64,000 nucleotides of DNA from an uncultured Candidatus Saccharibacteria bacterium (GTDB taxonomy: Bacteria; Patescibacteriota; Minisyncoccia; Phycocordibacterales; DSPV01): NCBI GenBank assembly GCA_964617735.1, contig CAZTXT010000001.1, forward strand, positions 267,589 through 331,588. Reading direction: 5' to 3'. Under the pieces are notes generated by a model, which worked only from the letters and a program-made list of their open reading frames with translations, had not been told where the DNA came from and did not search any database. Positions 58,283-64,000 of this stretch are shown here, in pieces; the stretch's first letter is position 1; each line of letters begins with the position of its first letter. The translations under genes were made by a program, and so were the position numbers.

Positions 58283-59308
58283 ATGACGAATAGGCAATTA
58301 TTTGAGAAGTACCAAAATATCAAGAAAGATACAGGATTAAGTTTTTACGACACACACATTCATCCGCATGATGTTTTTGGACTAGCAAAAGCAGAAAAGG
58401 TTTCTTTTGGAGAAAAAATCAAGGTCTCGGGTCCCACTCTGCTAGAGAAACTCAAGTATAGTAATTCCGCACTTTCTTTGTTGGGTTTCTTATTCCGTAA
58501 TACTCCTGGCTATATAACTAGAGAGATAAAAAAGAGTTTTCCGGTAATTAGCGAGCAGAAACTTCTGGAAGTGTTGAGCGCTTCACTCATTGATTCTGCA
58601 GTTCTTGTGCCAATATATCCTAAAGTATCGCCATATGAACTCTATAAATCTTTTTCCTCCTCAAAATTTATTAGGCTAGGTTCAGCAGATTTCAGCCTGA
58701 ATGAAATTGACTTAGAAAAAGATCTTGGCCAGCAGCTAAACATGCATTCAATTAAAGGGATAAAATTACATCCCAATATACAGTCATTTTATCCAGAGCC
58801 GTCTCGCAATAACATAACCGTCGAATCAAAACTAAAAGTTGTTTATCAATTTGCAAACAAAAATAATTTATATTTATTATTTCACGGAGGAATCTCATAT
58901 GTTCCGACAGGTTTTTCATACGAGAGGAGGGAATATGCCCTTCTGAACCGCTTCTTTTCTGGGAGGAAAAGTTTCCTTGCGGATATAAATGTTCCGGTTG
59001 TGATCGCACATTTAGGTATTTATAATATTAAAGAGCCTGATTTTAAGATAATAAGACGTATCTCTGAGTTTGAAAACGTGCATTTTGATACTGCCGCTGT
59101 AAATCCAAAATATATTTTGAACTATCTTAACTATTTCACTCCGAAAAAGTTAGTATTTGGCTCTGATACCCTATATTTCAATCTGAAGTATAATTTAGAG
59201 ATGTTCCTTCGAACTCTTTATGCACACTCTGATTCTAAATTTGAAGAGAATGTTCTGAGTGTTTTTCATAGCAACTTTGTTAATAACGTTCTTAGGATTC
59301 GATCTTGA
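58283..59308 (+). CDS. Amidohydrolase-2 family TIM-barrel metal-dependent hydrolase
   Basis: FYDTHIHPH (HxH), LHPNIQSF, LFHGG, VIAHLG and FGSDTLYF (metal-ligand pattern H.H...H...H...D). Begins 6 nt after the previous gene. AT-rich. Confidence 0.6.
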   Translation: MTNRQLFEKYQNIKKDTGLSFYDTHIHPHDVFGLAKAEKVSFGEKIKVSGPTLLEKLKYSNSALSLLGFLFRNTPGYITREIKKSFPVISEQKLLEVLSASLIDSAVLVPIYPKVSPYELYKSFSSSKFIRLGSADFSLNEIDLEKDLGQQLNMHSIKGIKLHPNIQSFYPEPSRNNITVESKLKVVYQFANKNNLYLLFHGGISYVPTGFSYERREYALLNRFFSGRKSFLADINVPVVIAHLGIYNIKEPDFKIIRRISEFENVHFDTAAVNPKYILNYLNYFTPKKLVFGSDTLYFNLKYNLEMFLRTLYAHSDSKFEENVLSVFHSNFVNNVLRIRS

Positions 59309-59320
59309 ATTAAAAAAGAA

Positions 59321-60895
59321 ATGCAGTACATCATTCTTTTCTTTAGCATTGTAAATCTTTTGCTTGGTGTGATTATCTTGATACACAGCAAACACGAGAA
59401 GGAAAATGTGACATTCCTTACATTCGCATTTTTTGCAAGCTTATGGACATTCAACAATTTTTATTTAAGAGTGAATCCGGAAGTAACGATTCTGCGAGGA
59501 TCGTATGCTTTAGGCTTGATTGTCGCAACATTTGGACTCATCTGGAGCTATTTTTTTCTTAAGAAAAACCTGCCAGTACTGGTAAAATTTGTCATATTAC
59601 CTCTATCGATTTTCTTCTTTTTCGTTACTCTCTTCTCAGATTCTGTCGTTAGGAGTCTTGCTTCAATAAAGCAGTTAGGGTACGAGGGTGAATTGGGGCA
59701 ATGGTTCAATATTTATTCTGCATACTTTACTGTTGTAATCGTTTTAATAATTTATGAGTTTTTCCTAAGGTTACGGCAAGAAAAAGATGAATCAAAGAAA
59801 GTTCAGATTAGATATGTTTTAGCAGGAGCGTTCTTTTTTGCTCTTATTTCGTCTATTGTAAGTTTCCTAATCCCGACTTTTTTTCACACGCTACGTTTCA
59901 CTATCTTGGACAATTTCAGTTTCTCTATTTTTCTTTTTGCTATAGTTTATGCGATATTGAAGCAGCACCTTTTCAATATAAAGATTATTGTTACCGAGAT
60001 ATTTGTCTTCTCGCTATGGGCTTTTATTTTAATTAGAAGTATTTTATCTGAAAACCTCCAAGACGTTTTTGTTAACGGTACCCTATTGGTTTTGACTGTT
60101 ATTGTAGGGACTTTCTTAATCAGAAGCGTTATCAAGGAAGTTCAGCAGCGCGAGAAGATTCAAGAGTTGGCCAAAGATTTGGAGGAGACTAATGATCGGC
60201 AGGAGAAGCTCATTCATTTCATCGGACATGAGGTGAAGGGATATCTGACGAAGGGAGAGTACGCATTTTCGGAGATGATCGAGGGTGATTTCGGCGACCT
60301 CTTACCCCAAACGAAGGTGCTCGCGACGACTGCGCTTAAAGAATTACGCAAGGGCGTCGCGTCGGTTACGGACATACTCAAGGCCGCGAATCTCAAGCGT
60401 GGTACGGTAACCTACGATAAGAAACCCACCGATCTTAAAGATCTCCTCAAGGATGCGGTCATCAAACTCCAGCCTGCGGCACAGGAAAAAGGACTTTCCT
60501 TTGAGACTACTATGCAGGAATCAGAGCAATTCATGGCCAATATCGATGCCGGACAGTTCGGCGAGCATGTCATCCGTAATCTGATCGACAATTCCATACG
60601 GTACACTCCCCATGGTTCGGTAACCGTTGGTCTCGCTCATAAAGATGGCAGGATTGTTTTTTACGTTAAAGATACCGGTGTGGGCATTTCGGATGAGGAC
60701 AAGGCTCATCTCTTTACCGAGGGCGGACGGGGCAAGGATTCCCTAAAGGTGAATGTGCATTCGACGGGGTATGGACTCTACATCGCCAAAAATATCGTTG
60801 AGGCCCATGATGGGAAGATCTGGGCCGAGTCGGCCGGTCCCGGGAAGGGCTCGACCTTTACGGTAGAGTTGCCGGAAGTCGCAGCATCTCAATAA
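59321..60895 (+). CDS. Sensor histidine kinase with a 7-TM sensor region (orphan, no adjacent response regulator)
   Basis: Seven N-terminal TM helices and a coiled-coil linker. H-box FIGHEVKGYLT. HATPase_c G1/G2 boxes GTGLGLYIAKNIVEAHDGKIWAES..GKGSTF. Confidence 0.85.
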   Translation: MQYIILFFSIVNLLLGVIILIHSKHEKENVTFLTFAFFASLWTFNNFYLRVNPEVTILRGSYALGLIVATFGLIWSYFFLKKNLPVLVKFVILPLSIFFFFVTLFSDSVVRSLASIKQLGYEGELGQWFNIYSAYFTVVIVLIIYEFFLRLRQEKDESKKVQIRYVLAGAFFFALISSIVSFLIPTFFHTLRFTILDNFSFSIFLFAIVYAILKQHLFNIKIIVTEIFVFSLWAFILIRSILSENLQDVFVNGTLLVLTVIVGTFLIRSVIKEVQQREKIQELAKDLEETNDRQEKLIHFIGHEVKGYLTKGEYAFSEMIEGDFGDLLPQTKVLATTALKELRKGVASVTDILKAANLKRGTVTYDKKPTDLKDLLKDAVIKLQPAAQEKGLSFETTMQESEQFMANIDAGQFGEHVIRNLIDNSIRYTPHGSVTVGLAHKDGRIVFYVKDTGVGISDEDKAHLFTEGGRGKDSLKVNVHSTGYGLYIAKNIVEAHDGKIWAESAGPGKGSTFTVELPEVAASQ

Positions 60896-61050
60896 AAAAG
60901 GCGTGTTGGAGAGGTACCTCTCCAGTGCGCCGGTGCACTCGACTCATTGCTGTAGAGCGCTTCGGGTGCGAGTTTCTTTTTCATAGCATTCCTCCTATAT
61001 AGTCTGTGCGGAGCTTACCACGTATAGCTTTTTTTGTTATAGTTGAGCTT

Positions 61051-62445
61051 ATGGAAAGAACTCTTATAGAGGATTTGCGTAGCAGAGTGGGTGCCCAAGT
61101 GAAAATCGCCGGCTGGGTGGATGTGCGCCGCGACCACGGCAAGCTTATTTTTATTGACCTGCGCGATAGCTCGGGCAAAGTGCAAATGGTCGCACTCCCG
61201 AACCACCAAGAAGCGCATGAAGCCGCCAACACAGTTCGCCCCGAGTGGGTAATAGAAGTGACGGGTACGGTCAACGAACGACCGGCGAAAATGGTGAACA
61301 AGAACGAGCCTAACGGCAATGTCGAGATCGAAGTTCTCTCGCTTACAGTGCTCAACCAAGCAGAAACACCACCCCTCGACGTTCGCGGCGATGGCAAAGA
61401 TATCGGCGAAGAAGTGCGCCTCAAGTACCGCTATTTGGACCTGCGTCGGCCACGGATGCAGAAAAATATCCGCAATCGCGCTAAAGTTCAGCAATTCGTG
61501 CGCACTGAATTCGCGAAACGTGGATTTGTAGAAATAGAAACGCCGCTCCTTTCCGCGACGACCCCCGAGGGCTCGCGCGACTATGTGGTGCCTTCCCGAC
61601 TCGATAAGGGAAAATTCTATTCACTGCCGCAATCTCCCCAGCAGTACAAGCAACTCTTGATGGCCGCAGGGTTTGAGAAATATTTCCAGTTCGCGCGGTG
61701 CATGCGCGACGAGGATACGCGGGGCGACCGCCAGCCCGAGTTCACACAACTTGATATGGAAATGAGTTTTGTCGAACGCGAGGATGTAATGGCCGTCAAC
61801 GAAGAAATCCTCATTGAAACAGTCAAGAATGTGTATCCAGAGAAGAAAATTCAGGAAATCCCGTTCCCGCGCATGACCTATGCCGAAGCGATGAAAAAAT
61901 ACAATTCCGACAAGCCGGACATCCGCAAGGACAAGAACGACCCTAATCTTCTTGCATTCCTCTGGATTATTGATTTCCCATTCTTTGAGAAAGATGAGGA
62001 AACAAAAGGGTGGACGTTCTCGCACAATCCATTCTCCGCACCACAGTCAGAGCACATGGAGTGGCTTCTCGCGAAGAAAAATATTCCCGAGATTCTAACG
62101 ACGCAGTACGATATCGTGATGAATGGATTCGAGATCGGGGGTGGAAGTATTCGTAACCACCGGCCGGAAGCGCTCAAGGCAGTATTCCAGATCATGGGTT
62201 ATGACGACGCGCGTATCGAGCGTGATTTCGGCCATATGCTCGCCGCCCTTGGTTCCGGCACGCCGCCGCACGGCGGCATCGCATGGGGTTTCGACCGTCT
62301 CATGATGCTTTTGGAAAATGAGCCGAACATCCGCGAAGTAATCGCATTCGCCAAGACGGGCGAAGGCCGCGATCTCATGATGAACGCGCCGTCGTCTCTT
62401 GACCCGAAGCGGTTGAAAGAGCTTGGGATAAAGGTTGATAAATAA
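61051..62445 (+). CDS. aspS: Aspartate--tRNA ligase, short form lacking the bacterial GAD insertion domain
   Basis: OB-fold N-terminus. Class-II motif 2 FRDEDTRGDRQPEFTQLDMEMSF and motif 3 GGGSIRNHRPE only ~220 aa apart. 464 aa from the MERTLIEDL start. Confidence 0.85.
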   Translation: MERTLIEDLRSRVGAQVKIAGWVDVRRDHGKLIFIDLRDSSGKVQMVALPNHQEAHEAANTVRPEWVIEVTGTVNERPAKMVNKNEPNGNVEIEVLSLTVLNQAETPPLDVRGDGKDIGEEVRLKYRYLDLRRPRMQKNIRNRAKVQQFVRTEFAKRGFVEIETPLLSATTPEGSRDYVVPSRLDKGKFYSLPQSPQQYKQLLMAAGFEKYFQFARCMRDEDTRGDRQPEFTQLDMEMSFVEREDVMAVNEEILIETVKNVYPEKKIQEIPFPRMTYAEAMKKYNSDKPDIRKDKNDPNLLAFLWIIDFPFFEKDEETKGWTFSHNPFSAPQSEHMEWLLAKKNIPEILTTQYDIVMNGFEIGGGSIRNHRPEALKAVFQIMGYDDARIERDFGHMLAALGSGTPPHGGIAWGFDRLMMLLENEPNIREVIAFAKTGEGRDLMMNAPSSLDPKRLKELGIKVDK

Positions 62446-62618
62446 AATGCCCCCGCCTTGCCTCAGCAAAGCGGGGACGTATTCTGCCCCCCCAGTGGGG
62501 TTCCATAACTAACCTATGTTATCCACCGCCAGTATACAGATTTCCAAACCCCTGTCAAATTCTTTGAGTCGCTCTCTTCACGGAATTTTCATGCCCATAA
62601 TTCTATCTATTTAATTTT

Positions 62619-63404
62619 ATGAAAAAGAATATCATATGGACGATTGTCGCAATCATTGTCGCTGCAGGCGCATGGTATTTTCTGGTGAATTACGGGTCGC
62701 CTAAGCAAATGAGCACGGTCAACACGTTCGAGGAGTGCGCCGCAGCAGGGTACCCGATTATGGAAAGTTACCCGCGCCAGTGCAAGACCCCGGACGGGAG
62801 GACATTCACTGAAGTCATCGAAAAACCCTCTGACCACAGCGATCTTATCATAGTAGATTCTCCAAAAGAGAACGATTCGGTATCAAGTCCTCTTGTTGTG
62901 AAAGGAAAGGCCCGTGGAAACTGGTATTTTGAAGCATCATTCCCAATCCAGCTCACAAAACTTGATGGCACCGTCCTCGTTCAAGCTCCCGCGCAGGCGC
63001 AAGGGGATTGGATGACCACAGAGTTTGTGCCATTTGAGGTAACGCTGAAATTTACAAAAGATCAGATCCCTAATATCCAGTGTATACGTGCGCCCTGCAA
63101 TAATGCAGTGCTTGTGCTCAAAAAAGATAATCCTTCCGGATTGCCGGAGAATGAAGACAGCATTTCAATACCTATCACGCTAAGTCCAGTTGCTACCGGA
63201 GGAGAAGTGCTCTCTTCGTGCCGTCCGACCGGGTGCAGTGGAGAAGTTTGTTCCGATGAGCCTGTGGTTTCCACCTGTGTGTATCGCGCGGAGTATGCGT
63301 GCTATAAGAATGCGAACTGTGCGCGTCAATCTAATGGAAAGTGCGGATGGACGCAGACTGCGGCGCTCCTACAATGTCTCAAATCACCCCCGCCGATTCA
63401 ATAG
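62619..63404 (+). CDS. Secreted Gmad2-like Ig-fold protein with Cys-rich N- and C-terminal modules
   Basis: TM/signal. An FEECAAAGYP.MESYPRQCKTPDGRTFTE module, then a Gmad2-like core (LIIVDSPKENDSVSSPLVVKGKARGNWYFEASFPIQL..DGTVL...A.GDWMT), then a C-terminal 8-Cys cluster. Confidence 0.6.
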   Translation: MKKNIIWTIVAIIVAAGAWYFLVNYGSPKQMSTVNTFEECAAAGYPIMESYPRQCKTPDGRTFTEVIEKPSDHSDLIIVDSPKENDSVSSPLVVKGKARGNWYFEASFPIQLTKLDGTVLVQAPAQAQGDWMTTEFVPFEVTLKFTKDQIPNIQCIRAPCNNAVLVLKKDNPSGLPENEDSISIPITLSPVATGGEVLSSCRPTGCSGEVCSDEPVVSTCVYRAEYACYKNANCARQSNGKCGWTQTAALLQCLKSPPPIQ

Positions 63405-63919
63405 AATCAGGCGGTATCGGTGTCATCCCGACTGACACGATCTACGGTCTCGTCGGCTCGGCTCTCAAGCCAGAGACTATTGAGAGAATCTATCGTGTAC
63501 GTGAGCGCTCAACAGGCAAGCCATTCATTGTTCTTATTGGAGAGATACGCGACCTGGTACAATTCGGTATTAGACCCGATACGGTCCTGCGTGAGTTTCT
63601 TGAGAAAAACTGGCCAGGTCCGGTGAGCATCATCCTCCCCGTCGTCGGCGATGAGTGGAGGTATGTGCACCGGGGAAAAGAAAGCATTGCATTCCGTCTG
63701 CCTGATACCGAAGCTCTTCAAGAGCTTCTATCGAAGACCGGTCCTCTGGTTGCTCCCAGTGCCAATCCCGAAGGCAGGCCGCCCGCGAGGACTATTGCAG
63801 AAGCAAAAGCGTATTTCGGAGATCGTGTTGATTTTTACGTGGATGGAGGAACTATAAACGCTAAACCTTCTAAATTAGTGGCGTACCGGCAGGGAGAGGT
63901 GGTAACCTTGAGAGAATGA
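63374..63919 (+). CDS. tsaC: L-threonylcarbamoyladenylate synthase family protein (TsaC/YrdC/Sua5)
   Basis: GGIGVIPTDTIYGLVGSAL and SANPEGRPPA motifs. The start at 63374 overlaps the previous gene by 31 nt. Confidence 0.8.
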   Translation: MSQITPADSIESGGIGVIPTDTIYGLVGSALKPETIERIYRVRERSTGKPFIVLIGEIRDLVQFGIRPDTVLREFLEKNWPGPVSIILPVVGDEWRYVHRGKESIAFRLPDTEALQELLSKTGPLVAPSANPEGRPPARTIAEAKAYFGDRVDFYVDGGTINAKPSKLVAYRQGEVVTLRE

Positions 63920-64000
63920 AAAAGGACACTTCATGGAATGCGGTAGCCGATTGGTATGATGATGTGGTTTCTGATGTGGAAAGCTATCAGCAGGAAGTCA
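63916..64000 (+). CDS. 3'-truncated ORF, possibly a class I SAM-dependent methyltransferase
   Basis: The ATG overlaps the tsaC stop (ATGA). MKKDTSWNAVADWYDDVVSDVESYQQEV resembles the N-termini of small methyltransferases. Runs off the window. Confidence 0.35.
   Translation, partial: MKKDTSWNAVADWYDDVVSDVESYQQEV

Noticed and set aside
60900-60950. Two adjacent perfect palindromes (GGAGAGGTACCTCTCC and AGTGC-GCCGGT-GCACT) after the histidine kinase gene, as a terminator
   Set aside because: In the plus orientation there is no downstream T-run (the A-run is upstream). It may be a protein-binding palindrome or a terminator for rare antisense transcription. Not enough to call.
61015-62469. Minus-strand ORFs antisense to aspS (61015..61494, 61621..62025, 61878..62195, 62095..62469)
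   Set aside because: Shadow ORFs opposite a conserved class-II aminoacyl-tRNA synthetase gene.

Overview
This 64-kb window is a gene-dense bacterial chromosomal segment with compact operons, 4-8-nt gene overlaps, short ATP-synthase delta and epsilon subunits, and DUF5652/DUF5666-type small proteins. These traits are consistent with an uncultivated, possibly CPR/Patescibacteria-like organism, but that placement is inference. Background GC looks moderately high, with several visibly AT-rich islands.

Recognisable core genes are prfB, ftsE-ftsX, pyrG, a complete F0F1 ATP-synthase gene set, msrA, a ccdA/TlpA-like thiol-disulfide pair, aspS, a tsaC-like gene, four tRNAs (Asp, Thr x2, Gln) and two ECF sigma/anti-sigma-like pairs. 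Accessory content includes a 5'-truncated giant surface protein (LamG-like end, FN3 repeats, InlB-B-repeat-like modules, beta-helix domain), a secreted protein with two PG-binding domains, an Ig-like domain and a clan GH-A glycosidase domain, an HAF-repeat protein fused to a lipase-like domain, and an FN3-repeat PG-binding protein. A long minus-strand operon runs from an ECF sigma through a MacAB-HlyD-type efflux set, a DedA plus two GT2 genes, to a NOX-like ferric-reductase-domain oxidoreductase.

The most unusual structure is the ATP-synthase locus (42.9-53.9 kb). The atpZ-atpB-atpEFHA-atpG-atpDC order is broken at four places by lineage-specific genes, some on the same strand and some on the opposite strand. 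These include a membrane protein carrying an FtsK-gamma-like wHTH domain that is translationally coupled to atpD. A 1.26-kb two-gene membrane-protein cassette is bracketed by a direct duplication of the atpB 3' end in which the duplicate preserves the encoded peptide through synonymous-only changes.

Three membrane proteins, on two AT-rich islands (one next to a tRNA-Thr pair, one inside the atp locus), share a ~35-residue cytoplasmic helical GW motif that loosely resembles a UBA-like fold. Nothing here was searched against a database; all family calls rest on motifs I can read in the translations and are graded accordingly.
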